Shown: positions 26,285-38,884, numbered from the stretch's first letter. The stretch is DNA of 64,000 bases from Eledone cirrhosa (GCA_964016885.1 OZ024758.1:2294001-2358000), one strand, 5' to 3'. The notes: a model not told the origin generated them from the letters alone. Numbers and translations: made by a program.

Positions 26285-28360
26285 TCATCATCATCATTTA
26301 ACATCCATCTTCCACGCTAGCATGGGTTAGACGGCTTTGTTCCATTGGTCGGGAGACCGTGTCTCGCTTGTACGGAAGTGTCTCTGGCAGGTTTTCTATG
26401 GCTAGATGCCCTTCCTAACACCAACCACCTTTACAGTGTGGACTTGGAGCCTTTTTACTGTGTCTCCTACACGACCACTTTACAGTGTGGACTAGGAGCC
26501 TTTTTACTGTGTCTCCTACACGACCACTTTACAGTGTGGACTTGGAGCCTTTTTACTGTGTCTCCTACACGACCACTTTACAGTGTGGACTTGGAGCCTT
26601 TTTACTGTGTCTCCTACACGACCACTTTACAGTGTGGACTTGGAGCCTTTTTACTGTGTCTCCTACACAACCACATTACAGTGTGGACTGGGAGCCTTTT
26701 TACTGTGTCTCCTACACGACCACTTTACAGTGTGGACTTGGAGCCTTTTTACTGTGTCTCCTACACGACCACTTTACAGTGTGGACTTGGAGCCTTTTTA
26801 CTGTGTCTCCTACACGACCACTTTACAGTGTGGACTTGGAGCCTTTTTACTGTGTCTCCTACACGACCACTTTACAGTGTGGACTGGGAGCCTTTTTACT
26901 GTGTCTCCTACACGACCACTTTACAGTGTGGACTGGGAGCCTTTTTACTGTGTCTCCTATACGACCACATTACAGTGTGGACTTGGAGCCTTTTTACTGT
27001 GTCTCCTACACGACCACTTTACAGTGTGGACTTGGAGCCTTTTTACTGTGTCTCCTACACGACCACTTTACAGTGTGGACTGGGAGCCTTTTTACTGTGT
27101 CTCCTATACGACCACATTACAGTGTGGACTTGGAGCCTTTTTACTGTGTCTCCTACACGACCACTTTACAGTGTGGACTGGGAGCCTTTTTACTGTGTCT
27201 CCTACACGACCACTTTACAGTGTGGACTGGGAGCCTTTTTACTGTGTCTCCTATACGACCACATTACAGTGTGGACTTGGAGCCTTTTTACTGTGTCTCC
27301 TACACGACCACTTTACAGTGTGGACTGGGAGCCTTTTTACTGTGTCTCCTATACGACCACATTACAGTGTGGACTGGGAGCCTTTTTACTGTGTCTCCTA
27401 CACGACCACTTTACAGTGTGGACTTGGAGCCTTTTTACTGTGTCTCCTACACGACCACTTTACAGTGTGGACTGGGAGCCTTTTTACTGTGTCTCCTACA
27501 CGACCACTTTACAGTGTGGACTTGGAGCCTTTTTACTGTGTCTCCTACACGACCACTTTACAGTGTGGACTTGGAGCCTTTTTACTGTGTCTCCTACACG
27601 ACCACTTTACAGTGTGGACTGGGAGCCTTTTTACTGTGTCTCCTACACGACCACTTTACAGTGTGGACTTGGAGCCTTTTTACTGTGTCTCCTACACGAC
27701 CACCTTACAGTGTGGACTGGGAGCCTTTTTACTGTGTCTCCTACACGACCACTTTACAGTGTGGACTAGGAGCCTTTTTACTGTGTCTCCTACACGACCA
27801 CTTTACAGTGTGGACTGGGAGCCTTTTTACTGTGTCTCCTACACGACCACTTTACAGTGTGGACTTGGAGCCTTTTTACTGTGTCTCCTATACGACCACT
27901 TTACAGTGTGGACTAGGAGCCTTTTTACTGTGTCTCCTACATGACCACATTACAGTGTGGACTGGGAGCCTTTTTACTGTGTCTCCTACACGACCACTTT
28001 ACAGTGTGGACTAGGAGCCTTTTTACTGTGTCTCCTACACGACCACATTACAGTGTGGACTAGGAGCCTTTTTACTGTGTCTCCTACACGACCACTTTAC
28101 AGTGTGGACTGGGAGCCTTTTTACTGTGTCTCCTACACGACCACATTACAGTGTGGACTAGGAGCCTTTTTACTGTGTCTCCTACACGACCACATTACAG
28201 TGTGGACTGGGTGCTGTTTGTTGTGTCACCGATACAGTGGACGGAGATGGGACGATGGGGTGGGGTGTATATTGGGTTAAGAGGTGCCTACTGACTAGGT
28301 TTGTATGCAAGGGAAGGCGGGTCTTCTGTACAACTGCATGGCACCAAAGATCACGATCCA
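26285..28360 (-). mobile_element. R1 retroposon copy containing the expanded 49-bp array
   Basis: both flanks (26285-26425, 28210-28360) align with the unexpanded copy at 38150-38605; (CAT)n tail. Confidence 0.8.
26425..28210. repeat. 49-bp minisatellite CGACCACTTTACAGTGTGGACTKGGAGCCTTTTTACTGTGTCTCCTACA, ~36 units
   Basis: direct reading; 49-aa periodicity in all three ORF frames. Confidence 0.97.
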
Positions 28361-28510
28361 GATTATGCATAAGAAAAGGAAAGAGAGACGAGGAAACAAG
28401 GGAAGCTGTAAAAACATCTACAAGTTTCTCTTGTACACAATTATGAGTTTCACTACCACAGAGATCAACTTCATCTTTATTATGTGAACAAATAAATTTA
28501 CGTTTACTAT

Positions 28511-28726
28511 TTAACCCTTTAGCATTTAAACTGGCCATATCCAGCCAGAATTCTTTCACCTGTTTCTGTTAAAACTGGCTGTAACTGGCCACTCATGCTG
28601 ATGTTGAGGTATTGTTCTCAAAATAAATAATACCAAAATCTTGTAGATTTGATATTATGTGAGGTAAAGTCTTTACCATGAAAATATAATAGTAAATATA
28701 GAGTAATGTAAATGCTAAAGAGTTAA
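28511..28726 (-). mobile_element. MITE M1 complete, reverse
   Basis: TTAA-CCCTTTAGCATTTA ... TAAATGCTAAAGAG-TTAA. Confidence 0.9.
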
Positions 28727-28963
28727 GAGCCCTGTTTTACAGTATGGTGTAAAATCTTGCTGAGGTTGAAATTATCTCTATTATGTGGACATAAACTTTT
28801 ACTTAAAACATTAAATCAAATTTTATTAAATTTCTAGTTTTTCTTTGTTTTTTCACCCCAAATATTCTAAGAACTCTTCAGAAATAGAGGTGTAATCTAT
28901 TGTATATTTCTAAATGTTTGTCTATGTAAATACTCCCATTTTCTCTCTCATAACACTTTAATA

Positions 28964-29363
28964 ATCTACTAATATAATAGCCTTGTGTATTTGTCCGTCA
29001 CACTAGAAATGACTGAGGAAGGAAGGGGTGATAACGTTGACTGAAGAAGGAAGAGGTGATTACATTGGCTGAGGAAGGAAGGGGTGATTATGTTGACTGA
29101 GGAAGGAAGGGGTGATTATGTTGACTGAGGAAGGAAGGGGTGATTATGTTGACTGAGGAACGAAGGGGTGATTATGTTGACTGAGGAAGGAAGGGGTGAT
29201 TATGTTGACTGAGGAACGAAGGGGTGATTATGTTGACTGAGGAACGAAGGGGTGATTATGTTGACAGAGGAAGGAAGGGGTGATTATGTTGACTGAGGAA
29301 GGAAGGGGTGATTATGTTAACTGAGGAAGGAAGGAGTGATTACGTCGACTGAGGAAGGAAGGG
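28964..29363 (+). mobile_element. Helitron-like element with internal 28-bp array (GACTGAGGAAGGAAGGGGTGATTATGTT, ~12 units)
   Basis: ATCTACTAATATAA start resembling Helitron 5' TC ends; unique leader + array has an inverted counterpart at 31275-31752. Confidence 0.55.
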
Positions 29364-29614
29364 TCTCTATCTCTCTATCTCTCTCTCTCTCAGCTTCATT
29401 GCAATCCTTATTGTTTCAAACATTGCTTCTGGTTAGTTTCAATATTTAAATGTGAAATACCTCTAGCTAATCTGGGTTTCAATATGATGTAAAAATAATT
29501 CTATACCCATTGGTGTTTTACCTTCCAACACTCTCGATTTTATTGTTTCTTTTAAAATTAGAATTAAAATATTTCAAGAAAAAAGAATGTTTAATACTAG
29601 TTTTAACTCTTAAC

Positions 29615-30050
29615 ATAGTAGCATGGGGTTACTGTTGTGAAGCTGTAGCATGGGGTTACTGTTGTGAAGCTGTAGCATGGGGTTACTGTTGTGAAGCTGT
29701 AGCATGGGATTACTGTTGTGAAGTAGTAGCATGGGGTTACTGTTGTGAAGCTGTAGCATGAGGTTACTGTTGTGAAGCTGTAGCATGGGGTTACTGTTGT
29801 GAAGCTGTAGCATGGGGTTACTGTTGTGAAGCTGTAGCATGGGGTTACTGTTGTGAAGCTGTAGCATGGGGTTACTGTTGTGAAGCTGTAGCATGGGGTT
29901 ACTGTTGTGAAGTAGTAGCATGGGGTTACTGTTGTGAAGCTGTAGCATGGGGTTACTGTTGTGAAGTAGTAGTGTGGGGTTACTGTTGTGAAGTAGTAAT
30001 ATAGTTATTGTTGTGAAGCTGTAAGCATGGGGTTACTGTTGTGAAGCAGT
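29615..30050. repeat. 27-bp minisatellite GTAGCATGGGGTTACTGTTGTGAAGCT, ~16 units
   Basis: direct reading; 9-aa periodic ORFs. Confidence 0.95.
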
Positions 30051-31274
30051 CATATTGTTTTATAGTCATAATTAGCTCCACACCATATTGACACGGTTGA
30101 CTCCCCCAGGTATGTTTATTTACTTGAGGACAAAGGGGAGAATAAAAAGCCGGATTTAGTAATTAATGATATAGTGTACGCTTCATTAAACCTGTTTAAT
30201 GATGCCAGTCGGGTGGAGGAATGGACATTAAGGTGATGGCGATAGCATTATTCTCTTATGAATAAAATCCTTTGGATAATGAGGTAAAATATTTTGGGAG
30301 GGTCATGTTGTCATAATGTTGCCAAACAATAGTAAAACACACTGATTGGTTTGGTTTGGTTTGGTTTCAGTATATTTATATTAATAATTTAGCTGGCAAA
30401 ATACCTCGCAAAACAAATACATTCCTGCCTATGTAGGTATTGTTTCATAATTAAATCTCATTTAAAACATTAAGAAAAATCTCTCTCCTCTATCTCTCTC
30501 CACACACATTATATATATATATATAATGTGAAAGTTCTTGCCAATTAAAGATTTTTTTCGGTGGGATTTCCATTTGGGTAAAAAGTCCAACTTTTGTAAA
30601 ATCTTCTGTAGTTCAATTGCTACATGGTTTTCTTGATGGACTCAATAAATCAATTGGTAATTATTGGTTAAATTGACCTTGGTACTTAATCTATTTTACT
30701 AGCCTTGAAAGGGCAAAAGTCAAAGTTGACTTCGGCAAGTTGTTATGAAATCATATATTCCTTCATAATTATATAGACAGTGTATGTGTTAAATAAAATA
30801 AAGATAATGCTCTTTTCCTTTAGGTTTCAAAACTTTCAAATAGAAAGTATTTTCCTTAGAATATTGATCTCTAACTTAAGTACAAGGCCTCAAATTTTGG
30901 GGGAGAGGTACAGACATTTATATTGACTCCTAGCCACAGATAGAAGGCAGTGCCAACTTCACTGACATGCCAACTCAGAACATAAAGGGCTGTAACTTAA
31001 TGCTGCAAAGTACTATGTCTGGTGCACTACCGATTCTATTAATCAACCACCTTTTCTTAGAATATTGCCAGTTCCAAACACAGCATTTTATGATGGCTAA
31101 TTGTAATATCTATACATAATATAAAAAGGAGATGTTGGTTGGTTGGTTGGTTCCTTTGCGCTCACTCACACTAGTGATACAAACACACAGCTGTGACAGA
31201 TCTTAGAATGCTGGACTTCTATAGTTTCTCATCCTCCTTCCTCAGTCATCACATAGATGTGTGTGTAATAGGTA

Positions 31275-31752
31275 CTCCTTCCTTCCCTAGTCAACCTTAT
31301 CATCCCTTCCTTCCCCAGTCAACATAATCACCCCTTCCTTCCCCAGTCGACCTTATCACCCCTTCCTTCCTCAGTCGACCTTATCACCCTTTTCTTCCTC
31401 AGTCGACCTTATCACCCTTTTCTTCCTCAGTCGACCTTATCACCCTTCCTTCTTCAGTTGACCTTATCACCCCTTCCTTCCTCAGTCGACGTAATCACCC
31501 CTTCCTTTCTCAGTCGACGTAATCACCCCTTCCTTTCTCAGTCGATGTAATCACCCCTTCCTTTCTCAGTCGATGTAATCACCCCTTCCTTTCTCAGTCG
31601 ACGTAACCACTCCTTCCTTTCTCAGTCGACATAATCACCCCTTCCTTCCTCAGTCGACCTTATCACCCCTTCTTTCTTCAGTCGACATAACCACCTCTTC
31701 CTTCCCCAGTCACCTCTAGTGTGTGATGAACAAATACACAAGACTATTATAT
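31275..31752 (-). mobile_element. inverted copy of the 28-bp-array element (~15 units)
   Basis: CTAGTGTGTGATGAACAAATACACAAGACTATTATAT is the reverse complement of the 28972-29005 leader. Confidence 0.7.
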
Positions 31753-32005
31753 GATGTTAGTGTTAATATGTAGTCATTTACAACAGGATGTGATGTATAG
31801 AAGTTAAGTTTACGGTACTGATTATTCTTACTAATAACTAATTCCATCTGCCTTTCTTATTCACAAGTTTTTAAGTCCAGAATATTTATCACCTTCTGGG
31901 CAATATTGTAGCTGTCAAATATAAATAACTGTATTAATCAAGACATGTTATTAATATATTATTAATTTAATTAAATGAACTATTACAACTAATTATTTTT
32001 TACAG

Positions 32006-32125
32006 ATGTTCAGACCATTGATACATGCCAAGCCATGTTTTTACCAATTGCAGCTTCAGTTTCTCTCTTGGTTATGTTTCTATTCTTTGATTCCTTACAA
32101 ATGGTTTTCGCAATCTGTACAGCCA
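32006..32125 (+). CDS. SPPL3: SPPL3 exon C (120 nt): (N)[39 protein letters not shown]
   Basis: tacag| and |gtaag; QTID...[13 protein letters not shown] motif. Confidence 0.96.
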
Positions 32126-33185
32126 GTAAGTACCTTGATTTTATCTCTCTCTCTCTCTGTCTGTCTGTTCCTCTCTCTCTCTCTCTACTTATGTCTGTGT
32201 TGCTATCTCTCCATGTATATATATCTCTGAAAATGACTTGTGTGTCCATAATATCGGAGCTGTGATTTCTCAATTCAGAGAAGTAGTGACTCTCTGATCT
32301 TTGAGCTACAAATCTGTCCAGAGATTATTTCTTGAGACATTCTAACCACATGTCGATAGTATCAGAGCTGTGATCTCTCAATTCTGAGTGGTAGTAGCTC
32401 TACCTGGAGTAACTCTCTGATATCCAGGCTATAAATATCTCCTGTGATTCTTTCCAGAGACATTCTAACCACATGCCCATTGTATCAGAGCTGCGATCTC
32501 TTAATTTGGAGAAGTAGCGGCTCTACTTGGAGTAATAAAAATTAGAAATCTTGGAAATTTTCTATTATTTCAAAAGGCCACACAGAATGGCAAAGAAGAC
32601 TGCAGTTTCCCCATCTCTGGATTAATCCATTCAATCTTGTCATACATCTTCACTGGATTGTTGTTCTTTTATTTTAATATTATCCTCATGATTTTTATTT
32701 TTATTTTCGTTGTTATTGTTGTTGTTATTGTTATTAACATCTAAATGAATGTTATGAGCTTTGATTCCATTAAAGACTTCCAACTTCTGTCATTTTCTTG
32801 TATGACATAGCGTCTCAATTCCTTCATGCATGAAGGGATTGAGAAAATAATTGCTACTAGACTTGAAATTCCAATAAGTCTCCCATTATTTAAGCTCTAA
32901 TTTGATTTCTGGCCTCTTCCAAATAATATTCCAATGTTCACCGATTTCTTGCTAAACAATTCAGTAGGATATGCTGAAAGGAATTATATGAAATATTCCA
33001 TTATAGCTAAATACCACATTTCAAAGAGCCACACTGAATTGAACTCTACCATTTATTCTCCACTTCTTTCTACATCCATTATCTGTTTAAATGTTCAAAG
33101 TCTTACCTCTTTATTTGTCTCACTGTTTCAATGTCTGTGTGTGTGTATGTCTGTCTGTGTGTGTGTGTGTGTATATATATATATA

Positions 33186-33283
33186 CAGGGTGTCCCAAAA
33201 ATGTATACATACTTTGATTATCTGTACAGGCAATATTTATTAGAATGTTGTTGAAGTGGGTATACATTTTTGGGGACACCCTG
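33186..33283. mobile_element. 98-bp Tc1/mariner-type MITE
   Basis: TA-CAGGGTGTCCCAAAAATGTATAC ... GTATACATTTTTGGGGACACCCTG-TA. Confidence 0.85.
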
Positions 33284-33315
33284 TATGTGTGTGTGTGTAT
33301 ATATATGTGTGTATG

Positions 33316-33346
<31 letters not shown>

Positions 33347-33833
33347 CTTTATATGTAGGTGAGTATATATATATATATATATGTGTGTGTGTCTTTATAT
33401 ATAGGTGAGTGTATATATATGCACACCTACTGCAACATTTACACACACAATACAAATATATCTACGTACAGGTATATACGTCATATACATACTTACAGAC
33501 ATATATCACTTCATTTACACATATAGATATGTATTTACACACACATATATAATGTATATGTAGGAACACAAAGCAGGCTTTGTTTAGAAACAGCTAGTGA
33601 ATTTGAAAATTAGGTAGTACCATGTGCTTATGCTGTATTTGACTAAATAGAATTAGTTTGTTAGTTGGGATTTAAAAAAAACCTTCTGAATGGTACTTGA
33701 GTTTTAGGGATCAAGAAAGTACAAATGTCACAAGTTCCTATATGGCTTTCTTTCTCTCTTTCTTTCTCCAGTCTTAGCCACAGTTGTCACAAATGTCACA
33801 AGTTCCTATATGTTCTTTCTTTCTCTCTTCCAG

Positions 33834-33912
33834 TCTTAGCCACAGTTGCATTTGCATTCCTTCTGTTACCAATGTGTCAGTATCTTATCCGACCATGTTC
33901 CAGTGGACAAAA
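33834..33912 (+). CDS. SPPL3: SPPL3 exon D (79 nt): (I)[25 protein letters not shown](K)
   Basis: ttccag| and |gtaagt; [13 protein letters not shown] motif. Confidence 0.96.
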
Positions 33913-33970
33913 GTAAGTGACATCTCTCTCTCTCTCTATCTCTCTCTCTCTCTATCTCTCTCTCTCTCTA

Positions 33971-34009
<39 letters not shown>

Positions 34010-35465
34010 CCAAGCTAACACTTAATTGGAGGTGCCACATCTCACATATGTTCTTGATTTGACATAGTTTCTACAGCTGGATGCCCTTTGTAACACCAAC
34101 TATTTTATAGAGAATGTGTGTGTGTGAGCGTGCGCGTTTGTTTAATAAGCTCAAAAGTATGTCTGTTTTGCCCTGCCTCAAAAAGTCTCATCCAACTCAT
34201 GCCAACATAGAAAAATAGACTCAGAACTGACGACGATGATGATATATAGCTATAAAATCCTGCCTCAAAAAAGGTTGTGTCCAACCCATGCTAACATAGG
34301 AAAACAAACACGAAGCTGACGATGATGATGATGGTATCTAGCTATTACACCATAAATGGTTAATTTTATGTCTGTTTACTTCTTAATATCATTGAAATCT
34401 AACAACCAGAAAATTTTTGCTCTTCTATTGTAACAGTGTGACATAAAACCTTACACCATTATCTCAGAATCTCAGACAATGGCAATTTAATGCTTATTAT
34501 CTGGTTAATTTATTGATCTAAATAATATTCTAGCCTTTGATAAAGCTGTTATACATCTTGGACAGTGTTGTTCACAGCAGACTTGGAGTTTGCTCATCTC
34601 TTTGTAGTTTTATATAATGATAGTGTTTTGTTGATAGGAAGTTACACTGACGTGTTGTAATTAATAGACGAGGTCTTGGTTACTGATGGAACTGTAATCT
34701 CCCTCTCCCCCCTTCTCTTTCTCATATGTCTCTCCTTTCACACTTTCTCTCTCTTTCTTGCTCTCTATCACCTGCTTCTCTCCCCCCTCTCTCCATGACA
34801 CACCTGTTGCTATATTAATAACTCATAATGAGGAGAATAACTTACCAGACTCATTAGGCCATCAGCTACACCTGTTCTCTGTTAATTAGTTAATTAGTCA
34901 ACACCATTTTACACGTTAACTTCATTATTCCTCAGTGATGAACTTTGTTTTCATTTACTCAGGGTCAAATAAAATCAAATAAACAGTCAAGTACCGGATC
35001 AGTTCAATCAACTCTCCTCACCTCCTGAAGTCTCTGTGTCAATGATAAAAATCAATAATCAATCACAGTTGCTAATATTTGTCATTTATTAAATCATCAT
35101 CATCATCATCATCATGTTGATGAGATCAGATTTATCACCATCATCATCATCATCATCATCACCATCATCATCATCACCATCGTCACCATCATCATCATCA
35201 CCATCATTGTCACCATCATCATCATATAGACTGTAGAGATTATTTCTCGCTATTTTTTTCTTTCTATTATTTCTTTGTGGTAGAGTAGGCAGAAGACTTG
35301 ATCCATTGCCCTGTTTTATACCACCACCTGACCCCTGGGTGGCATTAGCTGGCAGAGTTCACTTGAACCAAGTCTCCATTTTCAGGGTCACCCCTGCCCC
35401 CAAACCAATCTCAGAAACCTCCAAAAGGGTTATGGGCACTATTTCTCTCTCTTCCTGACTTCATA

Positions 35466-35770
35466 TCTAAATATTTCTGTTATTTATTGGTTAAATTAAC
35501 CAACTATAATACTATACTATACCAAATGATTCTCTTATCTAAATATTTCTGTTATTTATTGGTTAAATTAACCAACTATAATACTATACTATACCAAATG
35601 TTTCTCTTATCTAAATATTTCTGTTATTTATTGGTTAAATTAACCAACTATAATACTATACTATACCAAATATTTCTCTTATCTAAATATTTCTGTTATT
35701 TATTGGTTAAATTAACCAACTATAATACTATACTATACCAAATATTTCTCTTATCTAAATATTTCTGTTA
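35466..35770. repeat. 72-bp tandem repeat (~4.2 units) abutting the exon E acceptor
   Basis: ATCTAAATATTTCTGTTATTTATTGGTTAAATTAACCAAC... repeated; 24-aa periodic ORF. Confidence 0.92.
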
Positions 35771-35781
35771 TTATTTTCCAG

Positions 35782-35894
35782 AATTTCCTTTGGGATCTGT
35801 GGTCGGTTTACTGCAGCAGAGATAATGTCATTCTGTCTATCCTTTTTCATTGTATGCATATGGGTATTAACAGGACACTGGCTTCTTATGGATG
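35782..35894 (+). CDS. SPPL3: SPPL3 exon E (113 nt): [37 protein letters not shown]
   Basis: ttccag| and G|gtaag; CGRFTAAE and [11 protein letters not shown] motifs. Confidence 0.96.
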
Positions 35895-35903
35895 GTAAGA
35901 TTT

Positions 35904-36185
35904 TTAACCCTTTAGTATTTATGTTACTCTATATATACTATTGTATTTTCATGGTAAAGGCTTTACCTCACATAATATCTCACAACATTTACATTACTCT
36001 ATATATACTATTGTATTTTCATGGTAAAGGCTTTATCTCACATAATATTGAATCTATGAGATTTTGAAGTTGATATTATTTATTTTGAGAACAATACCTT
36101 AACATTGGTATGAGCGACTGATTTAAACAGAAAATGTTGAAAATGTTCTGGTCAGATACAGTCGGTTTAAAGACCAAAGGGTTAA
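35904..36185 (+). mobile_element. MITE M1 starting at intron position +10 after the exon E donor
   Basis: TTAA-CCCTTTAGTATTTA ... AAAGGG-TTAA. Confidence 0.88.
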
Positions 36186-36271
36186 ATCTTTTGCTTTTAT
36201 GTAATAGATTCATTGCTCTTTTCTCTTGTTTGAAATATAACTATACATGCATATGTACATCTATGTGTAAG

Positions 36272-36306
<35 letters not shown>

Positions 36307-36602
36307 ATGTAAATACATCTAGCTGTTGAGACGGCCAGAGCTCAACCATCGGGTCCTGAATCTATATATATATATCAAATTTAATATAGAAATGGCTTCT
36401 ACAGGACTCGAACTGTTTCATTCAAAAGAAATCATAAGGAAAGCCCTGATGATTTCTTTAGAGTAAAAGAGTTCTAACCCCGTAGAAGCCATTTATATAT
36501 ATATATATATATATATATTTATAATTATATATATATTTATATATATATATTTATAATTATATATATATTTATATATATATATTTATAATTATATATATTA
36601 TA

Positions 36603-36922
36603 TCATCATCATTTCATTTTACGTCCACTTTTCCCTGCTTGCAAGGGTGGGACGGGAACTGATTCTGGCTTGATTTCTACAGCTGGATGCCCTTCCTAAC
36701 ACCAACCTCATTTACAGTGAGTGCTGGGTGCTTTTTTGCCGTGGCACCTCCACGAATGATAGGGATCCCAGTCCCTATAATCTCATTTCTACAGCTGAGT
36801 AAACTGGAGCAACGTGAAATAAAGTGTCTTGCTCAAGGAAACAACACATCACCCGGTCTGAGAATTGAACTCACAACCTTTCGATTGCAAAGCCAATGCT
36901 CTAACCACTAAGCCATGTGCCT
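36603..36922 (-). mobile_element. apparently full-length SINE: tRNA head + CORE + R1-type tail with (GAT)n
   Basis: on - strand AGGCACATGGCTTAGTGGTTAGAGC (A box), GAGTTCAATTC (B box), CCTTGAGCAAGACACTT, then tail shared with R1; inserted in a (TA)n field. Confidence 0.82.
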
Positions 36923-37440
36923 TATAATTATATATATATATTTATAATTATATATATTATATATATATATTTATAATTATATATATATATTTATAATTAT
37001 ATATATATATTTATAATTATATAATTATATATATATATATATATATAATTATATATATATATATTTATAATTATATATATTATATATATATAATTATATA
37101 TATTATATATATATATATTATATATATTTATAATTATATATATTATATATTTATATATATTATATATATATAATTATATATATTATATATATATAATTAT
37201 ATATATTATATATTTATTATATATATATATATATTTATAATTATATATATTTATAATTATATATATTATAATTATATATATTATATATATATATATTTAT
37301 AATTATATATATTATAATTATATATATTATATATATATATATTTATAATTATATATATATATATATTTATAATTATATATATATATATATTTATAATTAT
37401 ATATATTTATAATTATATATATTATATATATATATATTTA

Positions 37441-37478
<38 letters not shown>

Positions 37479-37606
37479 TTTTTATATATATATATGTGTG
37501 TGTGTATGTATAGGTAGATATATTCATGTTTATATATTATATATATAAATGTATATATATATTATATATATATATGTATATTGATGTTTATTTCTGGTTA
37601 TTTCAG

Positions 37607-37713
37607 CACTTGGAATGGGTTTGTGTGTGGCTTTTATAGCTTTGGTCCGTCTTCCCAGTCTTAAGGTTTCTACCCTTCTCCTTGTTGGACTTTTAATTTA
37701 TGATGTATTTTGG
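37607..37713 (+). CDS. SPPL3: SPPL3 exon F (107 nt), first catalytic Asp (YD): (A)[35 protein letters not shown]
   Basis: tttcag| and |gtgagt; LLIYDVFW catalytic motif of the SPP family. Confidence 0.97.
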
Positions 37714-38149
37714 GTGAGTAGTCCTCTTATTTTATATATATATGTGTGTGTGTGTGTATATATATGTGTGTGTGTGTATGTGTGTGTGTATATATATGTG
37801 TGTGTGTGTGTGTATATATGTGTGTGTGTATATGTGTGTGTGTGTGTATATATATGTGTGTGTGTGTATATATGTGTGTGTGTATGTGTGTGTATGTATG
37901 TGTGTGTATACATATATATATGTGTATGTGTGTGTATATATGTTTGCATGTGTTGAGATGGATCTGATCGAAACAAACTAGTTTTTAAAATCATTTTTCT
38001 GTTAGACGTAAACCCTTTGTTGTATTTTTGCTTGTTACTAAAGTACAACTTGTGAAAGTTATATCAGTCACATGACAGTCACATGACAGTCACATGACAG
38101 CTCATCTGCTCCTCCTAATTCAGTTGTTCTTATAACTCTTTAACTCTTA

Positions 38150-38605
38150 CATCATCATCATCATCATCATCGTTTAACATCTATCTTCCACGCTAGCATG
38201 GGTTAGACGGGAATTGTCCCAGTTGAGGCAAGATTAGTCGGGTGACCATGTCTCACTCGTATAGGGCTGTCTGGCAGGTTTTCTACGGCTGGATGTCCTT
38301 CCTAACACCAACCACATTTACAGTGTGGACTGGGAGCTTTTTACCGTGTTACCTACACGGCCACATTACAGCATGGACTGTGATTTTTTTTTGTCGTGAC
38401 ACCAACACGATCTCATTAGTTTGGACTGGATATTGTGGTACCAACATAACTTTACAGAGAAAGGGTGGTGTTGGTGGTGGAGTAGGGGTAGTGGGTTGGG
38501 GTGTATATTTGGTTAAGAGGTGCCTACTGACTGTAGGTTAACTTCGCACGTAGGGAAGGCAGGTCTTCTGTATTATTGCGTGGTGCCAGAGATCTCGATC
38601 CAGTG
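38150..38605 (-). mobile_element. R1 retroposon, unexpanded copy (two founder units)
   Basis: homologous to both flanks of the 49-bp array. Confidence 0.78.
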
Positions 38606-38884
38606 GCATTGTCTTAGAGAGGTGCAAGTGTGTAAGGTCGGAATTTATCATGTCGTCCCAGGTTTTTCTGGATCTACCTACTCCGTAACTTCCATCAATA
38701 TTGATTGTCCTGCACCTTTTTATACAACTGTTGTCTTACAGTACTCTATATTTACTATTGTATATTCGCGGGAAAGGCTTTATCTCACGTAACCTCTAAT
38801 CCACGAGATTTTGTTGACGTCATTGTTTATAAAAAAAAAGAAAGAAACTACCAGATAATATTCAGTTGTTAAGTATTGATTAGA

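Noticed and set aside
26345-28280. 450-510 aa ORFs in all three frames
   Set aside because: 49-bp minisatellite inside a retroposon.
36850-36922. Possible tRNA gene
   Set aside because: A and B boxes present but it continues into CORE and tail sequence found in several copies; a SINE head.
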